From Camelus dromedarius (lineage: Eukaryota), in NCBI RefSeq assembly GCF_036321535.1, contig NC_087436.1, positions 18,416,001 through 18,480,000 of the forward strand: a stretch of 64,000 nt of DNA, in the 5' to 3' direction. Each line of letters begins with the position of its first letter. Position 1 is the stretch's first letter. The translations under genes were made by a program, and so were the position numbers. Of this stretch, positions 51,507-63,436 are shown piece by piece. The notes beneath the pieces were generated by a model. The model worked only from the letters and a program-made list of their open reading frames with translations, had not been told where the DNA came from and made no database searches.

Positions 51507-53726
51507 TCATTAATCTAGCAAGGCCTAAAAGACATACCAAAATCAAGGCTTAGGAGACTCAAATTCTAATCTTGGCTGCCACTATCCTCTTTCTCCATGT
51601 CTGTGGTAAGAGCAGCTCACTTATGAGGGCCCCTCCAGTATGCACACGTACACGCACACACAATCTAAGTTTACTCAAGAGCATTCTATAGAGCTACGAA
51701 GTCCTTAAGAATTCTAAGGATTATTTGTCCTAAAAAATCTATTTTCTCCTCTGGAACAAAATATATTCTCTCAAGAATTCCCTAGTTGTAAAAATTTCTG
51801 AGAAAAGCCTATATGGCTTACTGCTGTTTCTGGTAAATATACGACACATTTCTATGAATCATAAGCATCTGAAACTACACAGACATCACATAAAAGCCTT
51901 ACAAAAGTTTAAACTGTATTGAAAGAAGACACTGATTATTCTAGGAAAGGAAAGGAGTGAAAAAAGGACTCAAAAAGCCATTCGAACAAGGACTCCATTG
52001 AACCGAGTGAATGATCTCCAAATCCACCCCATAAATCAATGACCCCAGACTCTCCTCTTGGCAGCCCCTCCCCACCCTCACTGCTAGATCCAAACTCACC
52101 CAACACAGACATGCCAAACACTGTCTCTAAACCCTCTCTTTCCTATTTCGTTAGGCTTCTGCTGAAAAAAAAATCAGTGATTCTCTGCAGAATAAAGCCC
52201 ACATTCTAAGCCCACTTGTATGGCCTCGTTAATCTGAAACGACCTTTCCTTGGATCTCATTCTACTCCCCAAATGAAATCTCCATTCCAGCCAAACTGGT
52301 CTCCTTATCCTCGTCCGACACCAGTTCTGACTTCTTCTCAGCTGTTTCCAATCTCACAAGGTTCTACAAGTTTCTATTCCTTCCTTAAAACACCAATGAG
52401 TTCCCAAACTTCTACTCTAACCTACAACACACTTTTGTTTCCGTCAAAGTTAGAATACCTGTCACTGAATCTTCAACCTTTTAATATGTGCGTCAGTGTA
52501 TCCTTTGTTTCAAGAACTGAGCACAAGGCATTCAGGAGTTCAAACATGTTCCCTAGAATTGAGTACAACCACAGGACAATACACTCAAGGACAAGGGCCT
52601 CTACCTTCTTAACTCTTTGCATCTCAATCCCAATACTAAACAGATTGTAGATGCTAACTATTTTTTGATCACTCCATAACTGAACTCTGCAGTAAGCCTT
52701 CAGGTCCTACAGAAGCCGCTTCCAATTGCTTTAAATATTTGCGAACTATTCCAAGCATCAAGACATCAAAATTCCATAAACCCAACAAGTACTGAGCATG
52801 TGCAAGAAGCATCTTACAAGGCAATTAAGAGCAGAAAATTACTTAAGCACAGAATTCTGAAAATGCACAAAATGCCATTTTTGCAAAACAGTGTAAAACA
52901 TCTGAAAATAGAATCAGTCTGACCCAGGTGATTGTTAACTCTTTCTGAAGCTCCTCCCCCCCATTTCAGGTCCTTCCTCCACCTCTTGACTCAGGTGTTA
53001 CAGAAAAGCTCAAGTGGTTCGGCCAATGATTGACCTAGACTGCAATTTCAAATGACCTCATCAAGCCATCTCCAAACACTGAAGAATCTTACTCATGCCT
53101 CTAAGAAGCAGGACAAGAAAAACTGAGCAGGAAAGAAGTAACCTGCCTAACTGTCCTATGGCCAGGCCCTAATCATGAAGGCAAATTCAACTCAGGTGTC
53201 CTGACTTAAGTCCAGCGCCATCAGTCTTTGATAGGAGCTAGATGTAAATTTCACTGAGAAAGCTGGGCTAAGGCCACGTCTTCCTAACTTGCCAAATATC
53301 CATTGAGCTAAACCTGTGTTTTTGTCCTTTTCTGGGAAAGAATGTAAGTGAATTAAACAACACAAGAAAAAAATTTTTTTATTTGGATGTTCTCTAAAAC
53401 ATAAGCATAAATTATGTTTCTGATGTTAAAGAACAAAAATCAAAAGGAGGAAGACGCCAATTCACAAATTCAAGAAAGTCTACATTCTGGAGAGAGAGGC
53501 TTCTGGCTGGCCCCAGATGCACTAGCTGCCACTGGAACACCAGGCGTGGGTCCTGCTGGCAGAAGGGTGCACATGCAGTCACATAAATAGCTTTCCACCA
53601 GTGGCCAAACTGGCTTTGCCATCTGCCTCTCTCCTCGTGTCCCTCGTCCCAGAGGGAGCTGCTACTGCCAGTAAGAGAGAAGGTGCACTTCCCCAGCCAG
53701 TGACACTGGTTAAGACCAGGCTAGAG

Positions 53727-53840
53727 GGGAGAGGACATAGCTCAAGTGCTAGAGCACATGCCTAGCATGCATGAGGTTGCGGGTTCAATGCCCAGTCCCT
53801 CCTTTAAGAATAAATAAACCTAATCACCCCCCCCCAAAAA
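53727..53840 (+). mobile_element. tRNA-derived SINE with 15-bp TSD
   Basis: atagctcaagtgctagagcacatgcctagcatgcatgaggttgcgggttcaatgcccag. TSD aagaccaggctagag (53712-53726) / aagaccaagttagag (53841-53855). Confidence 0.9.
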
Positions 53841-53884
53841 AAGACCAAGTTAGAGAAGGAAGAATCCTCTCCCCATGTTCACTA

Positions 53885-53904
53885 CACACACACACACACA
53901 CACA
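53885..53904. repeat. (CA)n microsatellite
   Basis: Uninterrupted CA run. Confidence 0.9.
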
Positions 53905-54949
53905 CCATGCCCTTTTGGCCTCCTCTGCTCACTCCTACGTATTTATAGCCCCTCCCTACTTCCATCTCCACACACAAACCCAATGCCAAGGCACTGGAAA
54001 GCCACCAACCAAACATGCCCCCTAGTCACACGTCCCAAAGAAAGCCATTCCCAATGCTCATTTTGCAACACCAAAGAGGTCACAGAACCAACAGGAACCT
54101 TGGACGTCAGCCAGAGAAGTGGAGTGACTTGCTTCCAAAATTACTCGGACGGTTCACTCAGTTCTTCCCATGAGAACGTATTTCTTTCAACTCATTCAAT
54201 GAATATTTACTGTTTCAGGCGCTGTGCTGCTGGGTACTTGAGACAGTTTGTTCGGGATGGTCTCATCTTCCTTAATGCCAAATGGAGAGTGTGGGGTAGG
54301 GAGCAGGTTTTTTTCAGAGGGAAAATGGAGCACTCACAGGCCTCCTCAGAACGGGTTAGAGGTTACAGGTGTGGTCAGCCTGCGATGCTCCTCACTACAG
54401 CTAGTGCCTCCCCCATTTCCGGCAGCATCACCAACTCTGTTTCAGCGCGAATTTCAGGCCACCTCCCTCCTACACAACCTCTTCTCAGATAATAAATACA
54501 TATCCACCATATTTCTCCTGTGGCCACTTCCTAGTTGTTCAAAAGATAGAGAAACCAGGGAGGAAGGATCGAGCGCTACCAGGATGGAATTCCCTAATTG
54601 CAGGCAGTGGCGCTCCGGCCAGGGGGCAGGCTGTCTGCGCACCCTCACAAGCCCCAATCTTTGAACCCTCCTCGGCACAGGCGGAGGGGAGGAATGTGCG
54701 GAAGGCAGCACTACGCCAGGTGGACTTTCTGGTTTAGCACAATAAGGTGCCCAGGACGAGACTGTCGGAGGAGGTCAGAAAACCACACGGAAAGGGTGAA
54801 GTTTAAGGGGGTTCGGAAGAATTCAACTCCCAGCCAGTTTTCAAAGAATCCCCAGGCAAGTTCTTTTGAGAGGTCAAGAAACAAGACTAGTAAAACTGAC
54901 GTTTCTGTTACGGACGAGACTGTGAGCAGCTCTAGGGTGCAATAAAACC

Positions 54950-56010
54950 TGCCCGCGGGCGGGTCCGGCGGGGGACGCAGGCACCGAGGGCGCCGGGCCA
55001 GAGCAGCGGGGCTGGCGGGCTCACCACTTAGGGCTCTGGCCGTCGGGCAGGGGCAGGAAAGGGGGCCTGCCCCCCGGCTGCCCGGGGAACCGCGGAGGAA
55101 CGACCCCGGGGCCTCCCGCCCCGGATGAATCTCCCGCTCCTCTGGCCGCCGGCCCGGGCACGAGACGGTCGGTCTCCCTCCAAGAGAGGCTCCTCCCGGC
55201 CTCGCGCGCGCCCGAGTCCCTGCTTACTTTTGGTCGCCGCGATGAGGTTCTTCCCGTCCTTTATGAGCTCTTTGATGAACTTGTTGGTCCTCTCCAGCTC
55301 CGCTTCGTGGGCGCGGATCCTCTCCCGAAACCACGGGCTGTCGAGGTAGCAGTCGCTGAACTCCAGGGGCTGCAGCCCCATGACGGCGGCGGTCCGCGCG
55401 CAGAGCTCGCCGCGCGCACTGCCCGAGCCGGGCTCCGGGGTCGCGGCCAGGTGCGGGGCCACGCGGGCAGAAAGCGCCGGAGAAGCTAGCAGCCCCGGGC
55501 GCGCGGCGAGAGCAGCGCAGACATGCCCCGCGGAGGTGAGCCCGGCCGCACGGAGAAGCACAGCCCAGGCGAACGAGAACTGAGCGCTCAGCTCCCGGCA
55601 GCCCCAGCCGAACCTCGGATACTGCGGCCCCGCCCCGCCCGGCCCGGCCCGGCCCGGCCCCCGCGCCGCACGCCCTCCCGGAGGCGCGAGCCGGCCCCGC
55701 CCCGCCCCGGGCGCCTCCCGCCGCGCCCCGCCCCGCGCTGGCCTCTCGCCCACTCCTCTCCCCTCTGCCTGCCTTCTTCCTCCTCTCCTTTCTCTTCCCT
55801 TCCCTTCCCTTCCCTCAGACGTCTCTTCCTTGTCTTCCCCACGCGCAGTTGCCCCTCCTCTTCCTTCTGAGGCTTCCTCGGTCTAGAATTTCGCCCCGCG
55901 GCTTTCCTCCGGCCCTAGACGCGGGCGCCTCCCCTTTTCATCGGCTCCCCTCTTCGGGCTGACTCACTGGGGAGCATCGGGGAGCCGACTGGGGCCAGGA
56001 CGGGGCGTCT
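54950..56010. promoter_or_regulatory. CpG island promoter / 5' UTR of ARHGAP10 with multiple GC boxes
   Basis: Very GC- and CpG-rich compared with CpG-depleted flanks. Repeated CCCCGCCC Sp/KLF-type motifs at about 55628-55735; no obvious TATA box. Confidence 0.9.
55228..55381 (-). CDS. ARHGAP10: ARHGAP10 (GRAF2) coding exon 1, N-terminal start of the BAR domain; 51 codons + 1 nt (phase-1 intron follows)
   Basis: Translates to [51 protein letters not shown], the ARHGAP10 N-terminus as I recall it (paralogue ARHGAP26 starts MGLPALEFSDCCLDSPHF). Minus-strand Kozak GCCGCCGTCATGG; donor AAA A|GTAAGC at 55227. Confidence 0.96.
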
Positions 56011-57124
56011 TCAGGGCAGTCTTAACACAGGGGTCTGGTTTCTGGGGGAAACGATTGACTCCTGTATCTCATTTATCCCGGCATAGACCCTCAGCTGTTC
56101 CCTATTCACGGTCCCCATTTAAAATAAAGTGCCTGTTAAATCTCCGCTTCAGACTGAAAGCTTTACAAGGGCAGGGAGCATTTTCTTGGAGGCCCAGCTG
56201 CTGCTGTTACACTCTTCTGTGTAACCACGCTGATGATTCGGGGGAGGGGAGAGGGTGTCTAAACTACGGAAGAGTTGTTTCTGTTGTATTCAGCAGATTA
56301 AATGTGCTTGGGTAGGTGGAGAGATCTTGATTATTCCAAAAATAACTACCGGAAAACAAACGCCAGGGTATAATGTGTGGTTTTCACGAGGTGGGGGTGA
56401 AGATCAAATGAGAATTTGTGGGTACAACTGGGAAAGTACAGCATTCCGAGTGTTCTGAAAGAACTCAGATGTGTCCCCAAAATGTTAAGACATTTTAAAT
56501 TACTAAAAATCCTTACCCAGATGAAACCAATTTTTCATTAGAGTACCTTTTAATAATAGCAACTAACAATTTACTAAACAATTATTAGGTGCGTGCCTGG
56601 CACACACCAGGAACTCTATACACAGTTTTAATAGGTTCAGAACATATGTTTACATATATAGGTTCACTAATGATGCTAATATCAGCAAGAGACTTCAAAG
56701 GATTCTTTGAAAAGTTTAGACTCCGAGATGGGTAACTAAGACTCTGCATGGCATGTTGTAGGAGTGTAACCCTCAAGAACAAGTTAAGTAAGCCTCCTAC
56801 TCAATAAACTTTTGTTACAAAACAGCACTGTGAGTGGCTAACCCACAGATAAACAGATAAACGTGATTACTTTAATGTCCATCCACCGGAGAGTTCAAAA
56901 TGTTTTACAAAAAATTTAAGGCATTGAAAACCTTGGTTCTGGCTAAAATCAGCTGGGGGATAGAGTCTACAGAGAAGAAAATAAAAGGCAAGTAAAAGGG
57001 GGAAAGATACTCAAGAATAGAAAGGATGCAAACAGTGAGAGTTGCACTGACAGGTGTGCAATCCTCTGGGCAAAATCCTAAACCTGTCCTCATAAAAAGG
57101 AGCTGCTGACACTTCCCCAAAGTG

Positions 57125-57455
57125 TTAATCATGGAGTTAACACATGAGCCAGCAACTCCACTCTCTAGGCATCTACCCAAGAGAAATGAAAACATATGTC
57201 TACACAAATGCTTGTTCAGGATAGCATCGTTCATTATAGCCAAAAAGTGGGTGCAACACGAATGTCCACCAGCTGATGAGTCAATAAACAAAATGTATGT
57301 ATCCAGACAATGGCATAAGTAAACTATAATAAAAAGGAATGAAGTACTCATGCATGCTACGACATGATGAACCTGGAAAACATTATGCTAAGTGCAAGAA
57401 GCCAGCCGCAAAACACTGCATATCATATTATTCAGTATGAAGTATCCAGATATAA
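57125..57455 (+). mobile_element. Old L1 (L1MB-like) fragment
   Basis: ccagcaactccactctctaggcatctacccaagagaaatgaaaacatatgtc...gatgaacctggaaaacattatgctaagtg. Confidence 0.85.
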
Positions 57456-57754
57456 ATTGGGGGTTGGGTCAAAGCCTAATTAAAGATGTCATTTAATCAA
57501 TAACCAGAAGAATCAGAAGTTGACCATTAAATAGGGAGTGGGAGCAGGGGAGTCCAGGCGGGGAAGCAGCCTGTACAAGCCCCTGGGATGGGAAAGAGTC
57601 TGGAACATTCCAGAGGTTAAAAGAGCAGATCAGATGACTGAAGCTCAGTGAGTAAGAAAGACTGGCTCAAGACATGCTGCGTGGTGGAGGGTCAGAAGGG
57701 GTCAGATCAGGTGAGCCTCATAGGCCCTATAAAGTAATGAAAGAAATTTCCATT

Positions 57755-58262
57755 TATTGAGGCATGGAGAAGTCATTCTGGCTTATACATAATATAACTC
57801 AAACTTTATGCTAAAATAGCCTGTTTGTAGCCAATCAAACATACATTGTACTTCTGCTTAATTATTAAAGAAAAAAGCACGTGGACCAGAAGTAAAGAAT
57901 GTCCATGTTAAAAAATGAAGATGAAATGCCTCTCTTTCCGAGATGCCAATGCTGATCCTCCTTTGATGATAAGACTCCTTTCCTGGGGGCCAAGGACACG
58001 CTGAGTCCCGCTGTGTTCGCGCTGATCTGGTTTGTTTTGTTTTGTTTTGTTTGAAACCTTGAAGGAATGTATCCCTGACTTGTTTGATGTTCTTTGTTCT
58101 GACAAGACATTCAAACTCTCCTGGAAACCCTGCTTCTCTGCAGCAGTTCCTCAGAGTTATCTGAGATAGAGGCTGTCTTCCAGGCTATAGTCCTCAGTTC
58201 AGCTCAAATAAAACTCTTTTTCATTCCTATTACAGATTATTTATTAATTTTTTTTGTTGACA
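57755..58262 (+). mobile_element. ERV1-class solo LTR inserted in an L2
   Basis: R/U5-like end ggctatagtcctcagttcagctcaaataaaactcttttt...gttgaca; L2-like sequence on both sides. Confidence 0.75.
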
Positions 58263-58378
58263 ATAGGGTTGTATCCTAAGCTACTCTTCAAAGGGAAACT
58301 TTGAAGAGTTTTCAGCATGGCAGTAATGTGATCTGGTTTGTGTTTTCTCTCAAGGTGCTGCGTGGAGAATGAAAATTC

Positions 58379-58480
58379 AGCGTAGCTCAGTTGGGAGAGG
58401 GCATGCTGAGCATGCATGAGTTATTTGGTTCGATTTCCAGTACCTGCATTTGAAAAAGGGGGAAAAAAAAAAGAAACCAA
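58379..58480 (+). mobile_element. Diverged tRNA-derived SINE
   Basis: gtagctcagttgggagagggcatgctgagcatgcatgag...ggttcgatttccagtacc + A-tail; TSD-like aatgaaaattc / aatgaaaatcc. Confidence 0.8.
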
Positions 58481-59059
58481 AATGAAAATCCATGGGGAAG
58501 GCTTTGGGGGTTGTCTGGGCAAGATGGTATAGCTTCACCCTCCAAATGACAGTGGATACAGAGATTAATAGACCAAAATATATTTTAGAGGCAGATTCTG
58601 GAACTTGACAATGGCCTGTATATAGAAATGAGGAAGAAGGTGTCAAAATGGCCCCAGGCTGCCGGCATGGGACATTAGGTGGATGGCTGTAACCCCACTG
58701 AACATTTACTAAAAGGAAAGTGGGGGGAAGTCGATGTGGTGGTGCTGCTGGTGACTGGGATGGGCAAGATCAGTTTCAGTTTAGACTCATTTAGCCTGAG
58801 GGGATGTTCAAGTCTGTATGTCAGGTTGTCGGGTGGGCATTTTTATGCTTTGCTCAGTGCCTGGATTAGTTAAGGATCTGAATCAATGACGGTCAGTCAG
58901 GATCCTGTCCACACAAAATAGAGGGTAACTCAGATGAAACCTCCCCTTTACACAGGTTCCGCTACACACAATATTGTCTCTCCCTGATGAGTCAAAGGTT
59001 ACTACCTATAAAGTCAAATATGGGTTCTACTGAATCTTTGGATATGTTTCAGGCTGTGA

Positions 59060-59450
59060 GTCAGTTAGAATTAGGTTCAGACACATTATAACAGAGAATC
59101 CAGAATAACGGTGGTTTAAACCATGAGGAGTTTACTCCTCTCTCTCATGTGAAAGAAGTCCAGAAGTAAACACTCTAACATGATTCCACAGTCCCCAGGG
59201 AAGCACCAGTTTCCATCCTCAGTGTCACCTCGTGGTATGTTTCCTAGAGCCCCTTCTGTGAATGAGGAAGGCTAAAGATAAGGGGTCCCCCTCCTGGTTG
59301 AGTCACCCTCTTTTCTTAGCCTTCCTTCAGGTCTTAGAAAACATTTTTGCTTTTTATCTCATTGGCCAGAACTTAGTCACATGGCCATGCTTCCCTGCAA
59401 GGGAAACTGGAAAATGTGGTCTTTTATACAGGTTCACTGCCACCTGAAAT
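59060..59450 (-). mobile_element. Old MaLR LTR (MLT1J-like)
   Basis: aataacggtggtttaaac...ctcattggccagaacttagtcacatggcca...gcaagggaaactggaaaatgtggtc. Confidence 0.7.
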
Positions 59451-60522
59451 GAAATCTGAATTTTCTTATAAAGAGATGATCCATTCTGAACAGGAACCTA
59501 ACAGTTTCTGCCACAGGCTGACACCTTTATCGGTGAGGTACATAGATTATAATTATAGCTATGGCAAAACATAAGGGATATGATGAGAAGAAATGGAAGA
59601 TTAATGTCTGGATAACTTCCAAACCACATTAAGTTGCTTTCTCTCAAGAGTAGTAACGGGTGTGGGGTGGTAGGGCAGAGATGCCAGAATAGCTCAAACA
59701 AGAAATCATTGGACAGTATCATGGAAAAGTTCCCTGGAGAAGCAGGGCAGGCTCCTGAAGGTTTATCACCACTCTAGCTTCATTTTCCTGTGATTCTTTC
59801 TGCTCTGTTCCTCTTCCTGGTGTTAACTTCAGCCTCCAGAAAGCTCCCTTCGTGAGAACCAGATGGCTTCAACATCTCCGGATTTACCTCTAAACAGTAT
59901 CCCCTCTGGTGCTAGAAAGATGCTCCCCCTCTCACAACTGCTTCAGTCTGGACATCAAACCAGTTTAGGAGCCTACCTCATCTCATTCAGTTACATCTGG
60001 AGAGCTGTCTGTCAGCTGATCACTGGGGCAAAGGTGGGAGTAATTCCACATAGTTTCAGGTCACCCTGGGGCCACACTGTGAGCTCAAGGTGAGTTAATC
60101 CACCAAGATATGAGGATGGTATACGAGTTTGTGAACTAGTAATCTACAAAATATAATGGTGATGGGCGCTTAACAATGTAAATTTGCTTAATCCCACTAA
60201 CTGGATACTTCAAATGGCTAAAATGGTGAATTTTGTTATATGTATTTCCACAATAAAAAAAAGAAACAATAAAGTATGATGAAGTGTATATTTTGTTTGT
60301 ATGTTTGTAGTGTATGTTTTCTTAAAGGTAAATTATCACAGAAAAGTAACTGTCCAAATGTGTTTTAAATTTTCATTGCATCTATATTTTTAAGAAATTT
60401 TTTCTTCACAGAACCCTATTAAAAGTTCATGAACTAGCAATCTGGGTAATGCAATTTGAGAAATTCTATTCTGAGAGCACAATATTGTATAAACTCTACT
60501 GAGGGTCAAGCCAGAATCTCCG

Positions 60523-61075
60523 TGTAACGGTTAATCTTATGTGTTAATTAGCCTGGGTTAAGGGATGCCCAGCGAGCTGGTAAACATTATGTCCAGATGT
60601 GTCTATGAGGGTGTTTCCAGCAGATATTAGCATTGAATCAGTAGACTGAGTGAAAAAGAGCTCCCTCACCAACACAGGTGGGCATCATCCAATCCACTGC
60701 AAGCCTGAATAGAAAAGGCAGAGGAATGGTAAATTCCCCTTTGTACTTTTTGAGCTGGGACATCCATCTTCATCTGCCCTCAGACATTGGTGCTCCTGGT
60801 TCTCAGGCCTCAGACTTGGACTGGGATTTGTACCATTGCTTTCCTGGTTCTTCATCTTGCAAATGGCAGATGGTGAGACTTCTTGGCCTCTATGACTAGT
60901 GCATAAGCCAATGCCTACAGTCACTCTCAATCTCTCAGTCAATCAATCTCTCTGTCTCTCTCCATATATATCTACATTGCTATATCAGCTATATCACTAT
61001 ATAGACATATCGATATAGATATATATCTTATCCCTCATTGATTGATTCCATTTCTGTAGAGAATCCTGACTCCGT
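60523..61075 (+). mobile_element. ERVL solo LTR (MLT2-like)
   Basis: tgtaacggttaatcttatgtg...agtagactgagt...gggcatcatccaatcc...(TC)/(TA) tract...gagaatcctgact. Confidence 0.88.
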
Positions 61076-61139
61076 ATCTGCCAGGACTGCAGCAGGTAAA
61101 CCCCTGTGGTGTAGAGAAACTGTTCCTCGTGCCTCTAAT

Positions 61140-61550
61140 ATTAACTGTTCTCAATATATGCCAGAGAGGATGCTAGAACTAGGGCTACAATAGTGAACAA
61201 AACAAGCACAAGTCATGCCCTCAGGGAGCAACAGTCTCCAATCAGAGAGAAAGAATGTATCAAATAATGACAAACACAAATACGAATATTAAATGAAAAT
61301 TCTGATAAGTGCTGGGAAAGAGCATATATGGTGTTAAACAGGGGAAATGGGGCTATTCTGAGATGTCACTGAGGAATTGACAATTGGGCTGCCGGATGAG
61401 GAGTTCATGGGTAGAGGTGAAACTGATGTGATGTGGAGAGGGAAGAAGCATTCCTGGGGAAAGTTTTGTCAAAGAACTAGAACAGGAAACTGAAAAAGGT
61501 CCTGTGGCTGGAGCACCAGGGCTGAGACATACAGCCCATGAAGAGGACAT
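61140..61550 (+). mobile_element. L2 fragment
   Basis: ggatgctagaactagggctacaatagtgaacaaaacaagcac...gccctcagggagc...agaagcattcctggg. Confidence 0.65.
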
Positions 61551-63436
61551 GAGGGCCCCTCTCATCTGCTTCTGCACCGGGCTGGCTTCTTTGCCTGAAA
61601 ACACTAAGCATGGGGTTCAGAACCCCTCCAGCGCTCCTTGATTGTTTCTAGGGAGAGCTCACTTTTCCCGGCACTCCTAGACATCGTAACTTGGAAGAGT
61701 TTGGATCCTCAAGAAGTTCTAGAATGATTCCACTCACCTAAGCCTATCCAGTCAGCAAATATTGAGTGAGTGCCTGGAGTAGGCAAGGCACCAGGGAAAG
61801 TCCTGCAAGGCCAGACAGTCCCTAATCTCAAAGTGTTTCTAATCTGGTGTGCTCTAGGAATAAACTGACACACGGATAATTATTTTTTAAAAAGTACACT
61901 GTTGCTTGGTCCAGCCAGCCCTGCTGTCTGGCTAAGAAGTGATATATTCCCAATGAAGCTGGGGTGGGAAGGTTGGGGGAGGGGAAAGGATTTTCCAATT
62001 CCCTTACATTGAAATGAAAACCCCCTGAAGAAATCTGGGACTCTTTTAAAGTTTGGAGTTAGAAGAACCTGGCTCAAGATGATGTGGGGCAAGGCACAGA
62101 ACCAGTACCTGCTCCATGGGGAGTGCCCTGTCATAGTGCAATCACCCCTTCCCTGCCCTCAGCTTTTGAGAGACCTGGCATGGAGAGGAGGGAGCTGAGT
62201 GTATCGTGTTATATTTGCTGATGGGTATCAGCCCATACTCTCACAGGTCACTCAGGCAAATGCTGCCCTCTTTCCTATAAAGTGAGGATCAACTGACCTA
62301 TGCAGTGCCTTGCAGTTTATTTTATCCAGATAGCAATGGATATTTGTTTTAAAATGTTAGAAGGAAAGAGAAGAGCTCTAAAGAGTTTATTTTTCCCTGT
62401 AGCCCAGATGCCCCGGACATGACCCAGAGAGCAGTTTCCACAGGGTGACCTTCAACTGAGCAATTATCCAGTCACTAGAAAGCCAATCTGCTGTGACTAG
62501 GAGCATCTTCTTAGAGTCCATGAGCACTTCAGTAAAAGAAAAAATGAAAAAAGTATAAAAACTCATGTCTTTCAACCCAATAATTCCAGACCTGGCAATT
62601 TGTCCTAAGAAAATATTTTTTTAAGATGTATATTCTTCAGGCTATTTGTTGCAGGGGGACAAAAAAGGAATTAATCTAACAATTGAAAATAGTAGAACAA
62701 ATCAGCACATATCCACTCAGCAGGCTTTGACAGCACTAACATGCTCATGATTCTGTTCTCAGCAGTGGACACTGGAATTTTAGGATGCTCAGCCTTCATC
62801 CCCACTTCCCAACAGCACCCTGAATTCCACCTGGGTAATCATTTTCCCACCAAGCATGGAGTCTTGGTAAAGTGCACGTGCCTTTCTCACAGTCGGTAAT
62901 CCAAAGAGATCCCTGAAGGCTCCTTCTGCTAGTCCCTCCCCTCAGCCTGCCGCTGCCAAAGGCTGGGCACATGTCCAGCCAATCAGACCCTCTTCCCCAG
63001 GACTTTGACTCTTGAGCCCAGTAAAGCACTGACAGGAGAAACAGGTCATCTGTCCAGCCAAGCATGCCGAAAGCAGCCTGCTGCCTAGCAGGCTACCCAG
63101 CTTCTTGCTCCCAGGCTGGTTCTTCAGGCTTCCTTGAACACCCCACACACTTCAGATGAAAGGCCTTTTTTGCTTAGGTTGCCAGAATCAGTCATTTTCT
63201 CCCCTGCAGTCCAAGCAGTAGATACCTAGATTGGTACTTAAAGGTAATGGACCTTTTGGGGAAATTGTAGGGTACCTGGAATTTGTTCTCTGGCTGAGCT
63301 GGAACAGAAAACAGTTGCATATCCCCTTTATATTCTAACTGAAGAAACTAGTAGCCCATGGCAAGCACTGGAGAAACAAGTTATTAAATTATCATCTTTG
63401 ATTACTGAGCTCTAAGTCACAGGACCTAAAGTTCTC

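Larger units (their letters stand above)
1..55227 (-). other. ARHGAP10: ARHGAP10 intron 1 (continues beyond window start)
   Basis: Starts with GTAAGC on the minus strand. No sequence encoding the expected exon-2 peptide (LSVAQRKFAHSLRDFKFEFIG...) was seen by eye or in the ORF track. Confidence 0.8.

Noticed and set aside
53875..54945. Overlapping + strand ORFs (205, 138, 115 aa) as an antisense gene
   Set aside because: No recognisable domain, one runs through a CA microsatellite, and they depend largely on alternative starts.
55028..55753. 241-aa ORF as a complete protein
   Set aside because: Only 55228-55381 matches ARHGAP10; the rest is GC-rich leader and intron read-through from a non-ATG start.
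58379..58445. tRNA-Phe-like start (tagctcagttgggagag)
   Set aside because: It continues as the same SINE body with an A-tail; no tRNA-Phe anticodon arm.
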